A DNA stretch of 64,000 nt from Tubiluchus corallicola (GCA_030141605.1 JAQGDQ010000064.1:62001-126000); one strand, 5' to 3'; numbered from the stretch's first letter, positions 48,056 through 61,576 are shown. Notes: generated by a model not told the origin, from the letters alone. Numbers and translations: made by a program.

Positions 48056-49203
48056 TTAGACTAAACTGAATAGATTTGATTAATTGGTTGAAATGGATTT
48101 AGTCAGACTGGGTTAAACCTGTCTTGAAAGACCGCTGAACTGGACTGCGTTTGATGGGTGTTGACTGTAACTAACTGGACTGGACTGCACTGGACACGAC
48201 TGCAGTGGATTTTGCACTAGGCTAGACTAGATTGGCCTAGACAGTATCAGACTGGATTTGGACTGGATTGGGGTGGACTGAACTTTGGACTGGACTCGAC
48301 TGGACTGGTCTGAAACGGGCTAGGCTGAGCCGGATTGGAATAGACTGGGCTTTGTTCGACTGGACTGGACAGCACTGTGCTGCATGCTTCAGCTGAACTG
48401 CACTGGACTAGACTGGACTGGACTGAGCTGGACTGAACTGGTCGTCACTGGACTGTGTTGGATTACAGTGGATTTAACTGTAGGCTGAACTAGATTGGAC
48501 TAGGCTGCACTAGACTGGGCGGGTTTTGATTGAACTGGTCTGTTCTGAACTTGACTCGACTCGACTGGACTACACCGGACTGGGTTGGACTGCGGTGGAT
48601 TCCACTGTAAGCTGGAATGGATTCAATAATTAGTCCTTGCTAATTTATAGATTTGATTAGTTTGAGCTGAATTCGATTGGATTACACCGGGCTGGTCTCT
48701 GAAATGGGCTGGCTGAATCGGATTGGACTACCTGAACAAAATTGAACTGAACTGAAATGACTTGGACTAGACTGAACAGATCTGGTGTGGACATGACTGG
48801 ACTGGACTGGACTGGATAGACTGGACTTGACCTATACTGACCTGACCTGACTGGACCAGACCAGACCAGACCAGACTAGATCAGCCCTGCCCAGGTCAGT
48901 TCAGGCAATACCAGCAAACACGACGTTAGGACAGATAAACCAGACTAGACCAAGCTACACAAGATCAACTCAGACCCAACTGGACCAAACCAGACCAGAC
49001 TTGATTCGATTGAATTATACTAGACTGGACTGGTCTGAAACAAGCTAGGCTAAAACTGGGATTGGGCTGGACTAGACTGGAATTGACTCGACTCGACTTG
49101 ACTCGACTCGACTGCGCTGCACTACACCTAACTGGACTCAGCTTAACTGAGCTGGACCGGACAGGGCGTACTCGATCAGACCAGACCATACCTGATCAGA
49201 TTG
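48056..49203. repeat. Degenerate pentanucleotide satellite (GGACT/GACTA/GACTC/GACCA), ~1.15 kb
   Basis: 5-bp periodicity with recurring higher-order blocks. Confidence 0.9.
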
Positions 49204-50574
49204 AACCTGTTTACAATACTGCATCTATAAATGTTAATTAAACCAATCTTACGGAGGTGACCTTAAGTTGTAAATCACTTATTGGTTGCAATTGTGTAGC
49301 ATGCACACTTCGTGGAAAGAGGATTTGACTCCTGCTGCGTCCAAGCTGCACTAACTCTGATTACTGCTTCTAATCTAACATGAGCAGCAGAAGGCTTTTG
49401 TGGCCCAATGTTTATAGAGTAAATTAAACAATTACCACCCTCGGGAAAGCTTGAAGTCAATAATGAAACCAGGATTATCGACCTTTTATTGAAAACCAGA
49501 CTGATTATCGATTCTGTTGCGAATGTAAAGGTTATGAGACAATCGCAAACCAGTAACCTCTGGTCTAACCGCATGCTATGTCGTAGAAAATAATTAAATT
49601 CTTGGAGTTTTTAATGGCATTATTCTATTTGTTTATTTAGCCATTTCAATTTCCTGAAGTACAATTAAAATTAAAGTAAAATAAAAATATTTTGTTTCTT
49701 TTTTTCAGATTTACCATAAATTATTTTACCAAATATTATGAATGTATAGCTAGTTAACTGTCTACTTAATGATTTCACTGCTACGCACACATTGTGGCTG
49801 AGCAATGGTAACAATTAGTTACATTGTTTAGGTGTCAAAAATTGTTACATGCAGGTATGGTAAAATGACGACTGCTGTTGTTAACTAAATCGTTTCATCC
49901 GTCGTCTTTTAGCGTCGTTATCGTGATCAGCAAGCTCTAATTGCTTTGTTATTTTTTTGCAAATTCGTTAAGATTTCGTTAATTTCTTTGCAAATTTTGG
50001 TACAATCAGCAACAAGATACAAAAACAAAATAACACTCATAGATTTGCTGTCAGTTTCTAATTGCCCAGTGTATTTATGAACTGTAAATGTGACAAATAA
50101 TCCAACTGAGGTGCGAGTATTCCCAGTATCCGGCGGAAACAACGTTAGAGCTTCGCAACAAGTCAATATGGCCATGTTATGCAAACGAGAATCGTTTTGT
50201 TGAAGCTAATGCGAGAATTCTGCTGTCGTTTGAAGTTATCACGCGAAAAGTGTGACTTGAGGTGTAGGACTAGAATACTGCACCAATTACAACAAAATGC
50301 AAAAAAGTTAATTAAATGAAATATAGAAATAAAGTACAGTATAATCTCGTAAGAATTCTATTTGGTCGAGGAAATGCGATTAAGTGGCAATTTTGATTTA
50401 CTGCGCCCTTTCATGCTGCTACAGCTTATAGTTTTCGGATTTCGGACATTTTATAAAGCGTTTCTGTGCGAATAGACTAAATGCAACTTAGATATCCATT
50501 TCTTAACTATTTCAACAATCTACAAGACAGTGCATTTTGCCGGTCTTTTTGTTTTGCGACAATCATTTAGTTTG

Positions 50575-52370
50575 AACTTTATTTATTTATAGTGGATTTA
50601 CAAAACAGACTGATACAGGTATCTCCACATTGCAAGTGCTGAGTGCAAAGTGCTAGTAAAAGAAAAATGGGCATCACAATTAATAATTATCAAACTCGAT
50701 TCAATAAAACATTTGATTCAACTATAATCAGCAGATGATGATTAAACTTACATACATGATATATATATAAACGCAATATATTTAACAACAACAGTAATAA
50801 TAAAAATACATTTACAAAGTAAGTTGGCTGGTTAATCATTTAACATTAAATACTATTGTACCGTGAAGCGAAAGGTTGATTTAATAAACTGCTGTAACAA
50901 ACTATGGATAATAAAGCAAGATGGATGACCAGTTTTGAATTTTTCGAATATGTTTCTGTGTAATACTTGAGGATTATAATTTTGTAAGGATTCACGTGTT
51001 GCAATCTGGTGGTCGAGTAGGTCGTCTAATAATTCGAAAAAGTAAAGTAAGAACTTTCTATAAAATCACTGCAGCTACATTTGGGGTCGTCAATTAAGTT
51101 TCTAATAAAAAGGTCACCTTTTAATTGAGAAAAATTTGTAATACATCTATTAGTAAATATTTCGTTAGCCCGATCATTATTGCATCGAGGACATAATGTT
51201 TTGTGGGAAGATTCCAAAAGGAAAGTATTTTGTTTTTGAACGAAATTTTGGAAGTATACGTTTCTCTAAAATCTTTGGGCAAAGAGTTCCAAATTCTTAT
51301 ACCTTTTTGAAAAAAACTGTTATACAATAATTGTCTTGTAGGTTTTAGACGAGATGGATCACGGGTGGGATAATATTCTACATTTCGGCGGAATTCATTT
51401 ATTACTTCATTTAAGTAATCTGGAGCTCGATGGTAAAATATTTTTTGGATTGTTTGAACTATAAGGAATTCAGCCGTAGCCTTTAAAAAAGGGAATACCG
51501 AGTAACTGATTAAGGTTTATTTGGCTGGTGCGTTTCATAGCACAGTATTGAATTCTTTCTATTTTCAAAAAAATTTGCTATCGTATAGTTTGACCAAATT
51601 ACAATCCCATATTCAATTATTGGTCTTACAAATGCTTTATAAAAGGTGGCGAAATTATACTTAGTTGTTTTGAATTTGAGTAAATAACGTGAATGAAGTA
51701 TTTTGTTGGCTTTTTGTTCGACATAATTAACATGGAAGTTCCAGTTAAGCGCAGAATCGAATATTAATCCTAAATGTTTGACTGTATTAACAACTTCAAC
51801 TTCATAATTGTCTAAAACGAGACCATTTAGTACTGAAGGTAATCTTTTGCGTGAATATAAAATTGACTTTGTTTTGTGGATATTTATTGTAACTCCCCAA
51901 GTAGAACGCCAGTTTTTAATTGTGTCTAAATTTCGATTTAAACTTTCAACGCTAAAACGCATTTTGGTCATCAGCAAACAAGTGCACTATATTTTCTAAG
52001 TTGTCAGCAATGTCATTAATAAATACTAAAAAAGTAATGGTCTTGAAACGAAGCCTTGAGGAACACCGGGCCTGATTTCTTTCCATTCAGATGTAGAACC
52101 TTCAATTACTACTCTCTGCTGGCGACTTTCTAAATAATTGCATAACCATTGTAGTAATGGTCCTCTAATTCCTGCCTTTTCCAACTTAAATATTAGTCCG
52201 TCGTGCCGTAGACGATCAAATGCTTTAGATATGTCCAGAAATACTCCTATTACTTCTTCATGATTACTGAGTTTACTGTATATATAGTGGACAATTTCAA
52301 TTAACTGGTATGTCGTGGAGTCAAGAGGCCGAAATCCTGATTGATATTTAGTAAAAATATTAGTTTCAGC
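50575..52370 (-). mobile_element. 5'-truncated, frameshifted CR1/L2-group LINE with reverse transcriptase
   Basis: YQSGFRPLDST..GVFLDISKAFDRLRHDGL..YLESRQQRVVIEG..GVPQG..FINDI..LFADD..KHLGLIFDSALNW..YKAFVRPIIEYG..SFFQKGIRIWNSLP; (TAAA)n tail near 50580. Confidence 0.9.
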
Positions 52371-52647
52371 ATTTAAAAATGCTTAATGTTGTTAGAAGTT
52401 TGGTAATATTTCGCTGGAATTACAGTTAGTAATCAAAATAAAAAACTGCAGAAATAATGTAGTAATACAGGTTAAAAGTAATTCTGTCAAAAATTTGTGG
52501 TAAACGGCTGAACTTTAAATTATTGGTCGTTAAAAGTTGGCTGATAAATTGCCACTATGAAAATTTGACTTCTCAGTTTTATCAGTTAGAGATCGCTTCA
52601 ACAGTTTGAAATTCATGTGATATTCAGTGACATTCAGTTTGATATTC

Positions 52648-53147
<500 letters not shown>

Positions 53148-53216
53148 CACTTTCCATGCTGAAACCTTGGGTTTATTTCCACACCAAGCCATACCAAAAA
53201 CATACTTTTTATTTCC

Positions 53217-53238
53217 TTTATTATTGTTGTTGTTGTTG

Positions 53239-53325
<87 letters not shown>
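53217..53325. repeat. (TTG)n(TTA)n microsatellite
   Basis: Seen directly. Confidence 0.95.
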
Positions 53326-53327
<2 letters not shown>

Positions 53328-54016
53328 CATTGTCGTCATCGAAGTCTTTAATTTGTACTTATGTGAGATACATACTATTGCTAGCACTAAATCAATTTGT
53401 GAAAATACATTTACTGTTTACAGCCTTGTTTAAACTAATTAATTTTTTGCTTACTTTCTCTCGGTAGAGATGGCGCAAGTATCTGCTAGACACCATTCAT
53501 TGAGATTCGCTTGGTCATGCACAGCACAACTGTTTTGGCTTCTCTACCGGCGCTGCTGACACACTTTGCTAAGCTGCGTGCCAGAAATATACAGGCACTA
53601 GACTGCTAGTATGTAAACTTAATATTAAATATCAAAACATTAGAGCTTTGGACCGTTCGCTTATGCATATGATTATCGCAAAGACTCGTCTTCCTGCTAC
53701 TAACTTTAACTCTATAGGTGATACAAGCAATTTTCAAGCAAAACAATTTCTAACTCTCAAAATTAAACAATATCAGCGAGATGGTATGTAACTTCAATAA
53801 TAAATGGCTGCCTAAACATTGAGTTCAAATTATGGAAATAAAAGAATCTAGTGACGAAGTTTCGCCTTACCGCCCTGATATTGTTGTTTATTGTGATACT
53901 TAGATGTTGAAGCAACCATGCTTTTGCTAAAAGTATGTTTCTACCCTTTGAGAGGCATTTATAATTCATGCTGCCTTCACTCAGTACTTTATTTCCACGT
54001 ACGTGCAATAAAATGA

Positions 54017-54252
54017 ATCCGTTCCGATCCGTTCCGATCCGATCCGATCCAATCCAATCCAATCCAATCCAATCCAATCCAATCCAATCTAACTAAAATC
54101 GAATCGAATCTGATCTGATCTGATCTGATCTGATCTGATCTGATCTGATCTGATCTGATCTGATCTGATCTGATCTGATCTGATCTGATCTGATCTGATC
54201 TGATCTGATCTGATCTGATCTGATCTGATCTAATCTAATCTAATCTAATCTA
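54017..54252. repeat. Pentamer microsatellite (ATCCG)(ATCCA)(ATCTG)(ATCTA)
   Basis: Seen directly. Confidence 0.95.
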
Positions 54253-54693
54253 GTCCAAACTTTTAAAGATTTATAGCGTAAAGATTAAAACGTGCACAGT
54301 ACTCCACAATTCAAAGTTAAATCCCTTTTTTTATTTTAAAAATCCGAGAATCTGTGTGAAATTCTCACAATAGTTTGAATTGTTGTTGCTATCTGTTTGC
54401 AATACAGTTGCCTGTTAACACATTTTCGCGATACGCGTCCCACAACAAGCTATAAACAAACTGAAACACGAATCTAAACACCACACAGGGCCACTGAATT
54501 CTATACCTGCGGCTATTTTCACTATAGCTCTTGTGAAGCATTGCAATATTCCCTTCAGTCGGACACGCAGAAAATCTAGAAAGCTTTATTAAATGATTTT
54601 ATTCACAAATAATTTAAAAGTAATGTTCCCTTTCAATATTTTAAAGCGTAAATTGTTTTGACCTACAGTTTAAGATTGGGCCCCGTTTTTCTT

Positions 54694-55157
54694 TTAAAGC
54701 ACAAGAAAATCCTCCACTTACAAAAAGCTTAAAAATGCGTCTCGACATTTTATACCACTTACCTACTACCTTTTTGCATGCATGACTTGCATCGGCCATA
54801 ACGCTACATAAAACGTAAACTTAACTCCCGCGATAACCGTTAGGCGCAGCCATTTTGATAGTAAGTCGTTTGAAACAAGTTTATATAACACTGAGAAAAG
54901 ATTGAAAAATAATCAGAGCATTCGTAGCTAACTAAGTAACATTTTAAATTACTGTATCTTTTCAGTAAGATTAAAAAACGTTTTTGGTTAGCGAGTAGGG
55001 AGGGTGAGTCAGCGACATTTTACCAATTGGCACAAACATTTTAAATTATTATTTCTAGTTACATAAGTCTTTCAGCAGGTAAGCGAAATGCTAAGTAATA
55101 CAGATTTTCACGGAAAGTTTTTTAGGACATAATTCAATATTGCCTTTTCTTCCCCTG
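54694..55157 (+). mobile_element. Same element, copy 2
   Basis: Starts ttaaagcaca; shares the internal blocks. Confidence 0.7.
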
Positions 55158-55550
55158 ATTTACGTCATGTAATGGCACCGTTGAAACAGTATTGCGGGGG
55201 ATATAAAATGAAAACAAACAAAAACGAAAACAAGCACAAACAATCGATATATGTATAAAATTCCTGTAAAATAAAATAACTTTTTTAAGGTGTTTTTTTC
55301 TGAAACCTACTTCAGGTACCCCTTTACTTGTCCTTTAAGTTGTGTGTCAGGCGGACGTCTAATGTTGTACATAATTTAAACTATCTTTAGAGTGACGGTG
55401 GTTGTAAACTGCTTGACTCTTGAAAAAAGAGAGCGGTTTTAACAATTAACGTTAATTGAGACAAAAGTGTGATTACATAAATAAGTGTGTAGAAGGTGTT
55501 AACATGTCGGCTATGTTTCTTCATTAGATGAGTATTTAATTTTATCACGC

Positions 55551-56234
55551 TTATTTGCCAGCTATAATTTTGACTACATTCGCCGCAGCTTCGATTTCTT
55601 CTGGTGTAGGCGGATAAATTTCTATTGTTCCATCAGGTCTAGTGACAACTCCAGGGAGATACTTGTTGGCATTTTTCTTAATAAGATCCCCAATGGCTCC
55701 TTCGAGCAACCTAGCTGGAAAATACTTGTTCAACATATCCGTTATTAAGTCACCAGTTTCGCTTACTGGCTCATCTCCCTCACCACCTTTGACGAAGGTT
55801 GTTGTAGTGGTTTTCTTTCTTGTGCAACAGCATTTGTAACAGCAACAGCACAGTCCCAAACACAAGCATGTGACTACTAGCGCCACAACGGACGCGAATA
55901 TAATTAAGCGATTTGATAGCTTCTTCTTTGTGTAAAATTTTTTAATAATTTCCGGCGAATCACCAATATCTTTCCTCACACGAACTTTGTTTTGTGAAAC
56001 TGATGTTTTGTCCTCAACGAAATTTTCATATTGTGCATTCTTCCCCGTATCCTCAAAGTATACGGCATTTTCATCTGAGATTTTGAATGATCGTTTGATT
56101 CTAGAATATTTCAAACCGGGGGCAAAGGTCTCTTTATGGTAAAGATTATACTTTAATGCATATCCGTCAGAAGACACAAAAAGCAATGAAAAATAGCACA
56201 AATACGTCCAGAAAACTAAACCATACTGAAACAT
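55551..56234 (-). CDS. Intronless type I single-pass membrane protein, 227 aa, family unknown
   Basis: ATG at 56234 (the track ORF starts at a non-ATG codon upstream); signal peptide MFQYGLVFWTYLCYFSLLFVSSDG; RIKR furin motif; TM segment LIIFASVVALVVTCLCLGL followed by CCCCYKCCC and basic residues. Confidence 0.78.
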   Translation of the reverse strand: MFQYGLVFWTYLCYFSLLFVSSDGYALKYNLYHKETFAPGLKYSRIKRSFKISDENAVYFEDTGKNAQYENFVEDKTSVSQNKVRVRKDIGDSPEIIKKFYTKKKLSNRLIIFASVVALVVTCLCLGLCCCCYKCCCTRKKTTTTTFVKGGEGDEPVSETGDLITDMLNKYFPARLLEGAIGDLIKKNANKYLPGVVTRPDGTIEIYPPTPEEIEAAANVVKIIAGK

Positions 56235-56699
56235 TTCGACTAACAAAAGAACAAAAACAATGATGTTCCATTTTTCATAATATATAAATCGAAAACAATG
56301 AGTATTGGGAGAAGCGTCAAGTAGAAAGGAAGGCAAGGAGAATTTTCAAATTCTTAACATAACAAGAACTACCACAAATTGTTAAATATCCCGCAATAAG
56401 CAAAACATTTTTTTATCATTTTTTCTTAATTTCTTTACAATTTTTTATAAAAGCAAAAGAGAGTCTGAGTGATTAAAATTACTGTAGAAGTCCCAAAGGA
56501 ACTGCAGCAGTAGAAAGGAGAAAGTTCTTGAATGTTGGACTGCTCTAATTAATCGTATTTAAGAATTTATTTAGGATGCTATTAATTACGGTAATTTATA
56601 ACTGGCTGGAATAGTTTGTTATTATTGAGGTAGTGTCATGTCATTTGTTGCCATGGTGTTCTGTTTTGTGTTTGAATCAGTCTAATCCTTATTCTTTCA

Positions 56700-57010
56700 A
56701 TAACCCTAAAAAGACGATTAAAGAAACCTGAATTAGAAGCATTAGAAGTAAGACATATCAAATATGATCTAACAATGGTGTTCAAAATTTGTCATCGCTT
56801 AGTAGATTTGCGTTTTGATAAGCTTTTAGCACGGTACCTCATATGCGCGGAAACAAATGCAAGATGTAGACATATTTTAGTAGACTGAATGTCAATAAAA
56901 TTGAATATTAATAATAAATATTAGAAACAACAAAAAGTGAGTACTGCATGGAATAAATTAGATCAAAATATGTTGTAGAAACCTACCCTATCTAGTTTTA
57001 ATCATATACT
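56700..57010 (+). mobile_element. Decayed CR1 LINE 3' fragment
   Basis: RLKKPELEALEVRHIKYDLTMVFKICHRLVDL..MRGNKCK resembles the C-terminus of CR1 ORF2. Confidence 0.6.
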
Positions 57011-58902
57011 GTCAGATATGTGTTTTCTGCAATATTTTGAATTTAATATACTTCTATATAATTGTAAACATGACATTTTTATTGATTTAATGGATCAGCG
57101 TAAGCCTGCTAAAACTAATATTTTGTTAGAGATATATCGCTTTCGAATTCCCTTTCTTCTCGTTTTGTCATGGCTCCCTCTTTAGCTTCCTTCAAAATCT
57201 ACTTAAAAAAATGTTGTTTCAATAGTCTTAAAATTTTTCGCTAGTTTCGAGGATGCTCTTCGTGGTGGTCCCCTGATCCAGTGTGCATACAAGTTGTAAA
57301 TATTTATTTTACAACGGTCACTAACAATTTATATATATTTATATGTATGGTTGATTTATAAATTCTCACCCAAGTGTCTTTTCTACTTATTGGTCGTAAT
57401 CTTATGAACTTTTACATGATGAACACTTTTATTGTACTGACCTGTGGGCTCCTTAAGTCGCTGTCGTGAAGTTGAAAGTAAATGCGATTTTGTGCCTTGT
57501 TGCGCTGGTACTTCAGCACTTTTAACTTTTTACTATTTATCTGTGCATTATTACTTTGTTGAAAGTGCAAATAAAATTCAATTCAATGCTAAATGCGTAA
57601 ATATGCCCGCTGGCTCTCTCTCTCCTTGTCTCAATATAGTTCTATATGTTTTACGCTTGGATTTTTATTTATATAATTTTAATATATTTGAGACTGAAAT
57701 AAAATAAAAATAAAAAATCGATAAAATTTACTGCCATTTTGCAGTAAAAGTTGAAACACTTAAGGTATGGGTGGTTTATCGTTATTAGGCTTATTATTGT
57801 TAAAGGTGTCAGATCAGTTTACTACATACCAGTCTATTTATTCAAGTACAGTGAACCAAAAAAGTAGAATGAGTGATAAAAACTACTGCATGGGGAGCTA
57901 AAATGCACAAAAAGAAGAGAGATAACTGCTGCTTAAATTATTAAATCTGTATTCCTTTTTACCATTTAAATACGCAAATTTTTCAAGACAAAAAAAATAC
58001 TGAGAATAGCAACCAGTGACACATATTAGTTCTCTACACTGTTGTACCTATCAATTTGTGCTTCAACATACAGTAATTGAGGTCCTTAATGATTTTATAC
58101 GATACTAGGCAAACGAATAGACCTTGCAGGGAAACTACTGAACAATGAAATAAATCAAATAACAAACGAACGAACAAACGGATAAAAGGAGGAAGGTAAG
58201 AAGAAAAAAACAAAAAAGGGCATAAAGAAATGAAGTAGGAAATAATGAATGGAAAGAAGAAAATAGAAATGAGTAAATGATGGAAGAAGGAAGAAAACGG
58301 CAAGCAAATGGGAATAAAAATAGGGTGGAGGGAAAGAGGAAGGAAGAAAATGGGTCAATGGAAAAGCGGTTAACAAAAAATAAAAGGAAAACCAGCGAAG
58401 CTGCTTAACAACAAAAGATTTTTTAATATAATATTTTTATAAAAAGGAAGGAAGGAAGGACGACGAAAAGGCGAAAAGAATAATAAGAAAACGAAATAAA
58501 GGAAAGTAAAAGAACAGAGAAAACAAAAATAAGAAAAAAGTAGAAAGGAAACATTACCTCAAGAGAAAAACAACAAAGGCACTAAATAACTAAAGGAGAG
58601 ATTTTTACAGACTAAGGAAAAGGCCCCATAACTAGAAAAACATTTTCCAATAACGTTCATAGTTTGCTTTGTATGACAGGCAAGGATATAGATCTATATC
58701 TATTATAAATGAAGCATATATTTTATAGATTATTAATTTCAAAAACTAAGTTACAGCAAGGTTCCCAAAAATTAAAAAACATTAGCAAATCACGTGCTGT
58801 TCAAGAAAAACATCCAGGAACAATTTAAAGACGTCAAGGAAACATTGGTGCCAAACATGGGTGGCGTTAGTTGATTAATTATTCAGATGTACAATACTCT
58901 AT

Positions 58903-60904
58903 TTACGGAGCTGCTTCTTCAACGCCTTGTTCTGCTGGAGGTGCTTGTGGAACTCCTTCTCCTGCTACTTCTTCTGCCACTTCTTCAGCTGCTTCTTCTG
59001 CCGCTTCTGCAACTTCTTCTGCTTGCTCCGCTATTTCGCTCGTTTCTTCAGCTTCTTCTTCCATTGCTTCTGCAACGATTTCGTTTCCACTGTCTTCTGC
59101 AGCTTCTGCCATTTCTTCGGCCTTTTCAGCTATATGTTCGGCTGCTTCGGCATTCGCTTCTGAGGCTTGTGCCACTGCTTCCGCTATTGCTTGTTCCACT
59201 TCCGGCGATTCTGCCTCCCTCTTGTTTACTGCCTGAAAATAAGGGCAATATCGTCGTTGAAATTAACAGAGAACCAGTTCAGAAAAAATGCGAAAATACT
59301 CTAGTGAGAAATCTGTGACAAAAGTCTAGTGCAAATGAAGTAGCCTTAGTTAAGTTTTGTTTGTTCGTTTAGTTTTAAGTAGTTTTAAGTATTCTTTTTG
59401 AATGTAATAGATATCGTGATATAATATTAGAAATGGCTTTAATAAGTGAGGTAAGTATTGATATAAGCAGATTCCTTCTCTTCTGACGTCTCCACCTGAC
59501 CATGCCATGTATAGCATATAGTTTTCTATTCATTTTAAGCCTGCGTTTTTAACTGCGTGAGCGTTCAAAGCTCATCATTAACGATAATGTTTTAATTTTG
59601 ACCAACTTGTTACGGCATTATATATGGTGTAATGTATGCTTTACCCCATTGGTTAAGAAGCTCAATTGACGTAAACGTAGGCACTATAAGTTTACTTTTG
59701 ACACAGACTGCAGACTGCATGTCAGAATAGAGTCTCAAATTCAGTTTTATAATGGTGACGCGATTGGAAGTACCCTTGCTTCTATTAAAGCACAATAAAA
59801 TAGAACCCTTACATCAAGTTAAAAAATTCGTCTTGAAATTTTGTATCACGTACATGCTGTCTTATTGCGCACAGGACTTGAAATATGAAATTTGAAAGTT
59901 TATTAAATTCCTGCGATGACCGTTAGTCTCAACCACTTTAAGTCTAGATAACATTGCACAAAGTTTGAAAAAATAAATCAGAGCATTCGTAGCGCACTTT
60001 TCGTTAGCCAATCAAAAGTACAAGTTGCTTTATCTTGTCAGTAAGATTAATAATATATTTTGGTGAGCCAGGAATATTGAAAATTTTCTTTTCAAATTAT
60101 ATATGTCATTCAAATAGGTAAGCGTAATTCTAACTACTGTAATACAACCTTGTACGGAAAGTTTTTTATGATATACTTTATAGTTCCCTTTCCTTACCCC
60201 TTAAATTGTGTTCACAAGTTCTGCATGACAACTTTTATTCATGTGTGTCCTGGAGTACGTTATGATAAAAACTTCGCCTGATAACTTTTTAAATACGTTT
60301 AAGCGAAGCGAATGTTACATTCTCTGATACGGTCCGCCACTTTGTAAACGGTGATCCAGATTTCAGCAGCAGAGGTTACTGAAAGACGTCCATGACAGAA
60401 CAGGCGAAAATTAAATAATTTAAAGTGACCTTCTAAGACGATTCACAAAAATCTCTGAGGTATTGTGACTACGTTCGGATGTTTACGTTAAACAGCGAAG
60501 TTTTCTTTGTAATGTACCTCCGCCGTGTTTGTATATTTATCACCGCCAAAATTTGTCACATTGTATAAGTTAGAACTTCTACTACTGTATGCTACTACTG
60601 CATGCACATTTTCTGTGAATCACATCAAAATAAACAAAATTAAGTCTAGTGGAAATATATCTGGCGCTCGTATCATATGAAAAGTTAACCAGCTTCCTTG
60701 CTGATACATTTTATACGCAACTTTGAGTTTCAAATCAAAGAGAGAAAGAGAGGAAAGGAGAGAGGGCAAGGAGGAGAGAGACCACTAGACAGGAGAGAAA
60801 CAATGTAATCCATTTACCTGATTTGCCGCAAAATAGTTGGCAGATACTGCAATTATTATTAAGCAAAAAATGCTCGCAGCCAATAGTGAACCAACTTTGC
60901 CCAT
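58903..60904 (-). CDS. Two-exon secreted Glu/Ala-rich acidic precursor, 138 aa (exons 60904-60818 and 59232-58903)
   Basis: Exon 1 encodes MGKVGSLLAASIFCLIIIAVSANYFAANQ with donor CAG/gtaaat; exon 2 has acceptor attttcag and encodes AVNKR-EAESPEVEQAIAE...EEAAP*; phase-0 junction. Confidence 0.82.
59785..60205 (+). mobile_element. Same element, copy 3 (in the intron of the acidic-protein gene)
   Basis: ttaaagcaca ... ccccttaa. Confidence 0.7.
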
Positions 60905-61407
60905 TTTGTAAAAAAATGCACTTTTGTACAAGAAAGCAAACGTCTTTCTAAGTGACTGAGCACTGTCCGTTAATGCAATAAGTAAGCTTAGTCTTTCAAA
61001 TGTTGCTAGCTATGAGCTCATTTTGCCAACTGTTACCAGTGATTCATTACACTTTAAAATGATTACAGGAATCTTGGCAACACCTGGATAATTCGGTAAT
61101 ATTTGAATAATTTCCAATCGCAAAACTTACGTATCATTTCCATTTAGAGCAATAATTGCGTTGTATGATTTTTCAGGTTTCGTTTTTGTTCCATTTGGTT
61201 GAAATTAGTTCCAGCTGCTCCACAGAATCTGTTATTGGTACAATTTGTACTTTAGTCAATCTTGAAGTTGAAAGATTGTTGAAAACAATTATTGAGGATA
61301 TTAATATCGAGAATTTATAGAGGTCAGCAGTTTTTTTAAACTATTGTAAACATTTTTGTAAGTTTCAGTTTGTGAACTTTTGAAGAACTTTCAAGTTTAT
61401 GACTTTC

Positions 61408-61576
61408 GGTTACAGTTTACAATTCCTACACATAAGAAATAAATTCGTGAAGCAGATTGCGGTTAGGGTTAGGATTAGGGTAAGGGTTAGGGTAAGGTTA
61501 GGCTTGTGGTTAGGTTTAGAGATTCGGATCAGGGTTAGGGTTAGGACATTTAAATTGTTTTGTTAATTGTAAACTC
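61408..61576 (+). mobile_element. Same element with an internal (TTAGGG)n-like tract, copy 2
   Basis: agtttacaatt ... aattgtaaact; shares aagaaat..gtgaagc.gatt with copy 1. Confidence 0.75.

Noticed and set aside
50575-52370. Active or domesticated reverse transcriptase
   Set aside because: 5'-truncated with several frameshifts; an ordinary dead LINE.
56235-56336. N-terminal extension of the 261-aa ORF
   Set aside because: Starts at a non-ATG codon; the first in-frame ATG at 56234 gives a clean signal peptide.
58871-59318. Plus-strand Ser/Ala-, Leu- and Phe/Cys-rich ORFs
   Set aside because: Antisense shadows of the Glu/Ala-rich minus-strand exon.
61455-61547. True telomere or chromosome fusion site
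   Set aside because: Short, degenerate, single orientation, and embedded in a dispersed element with a second copy at 27045.
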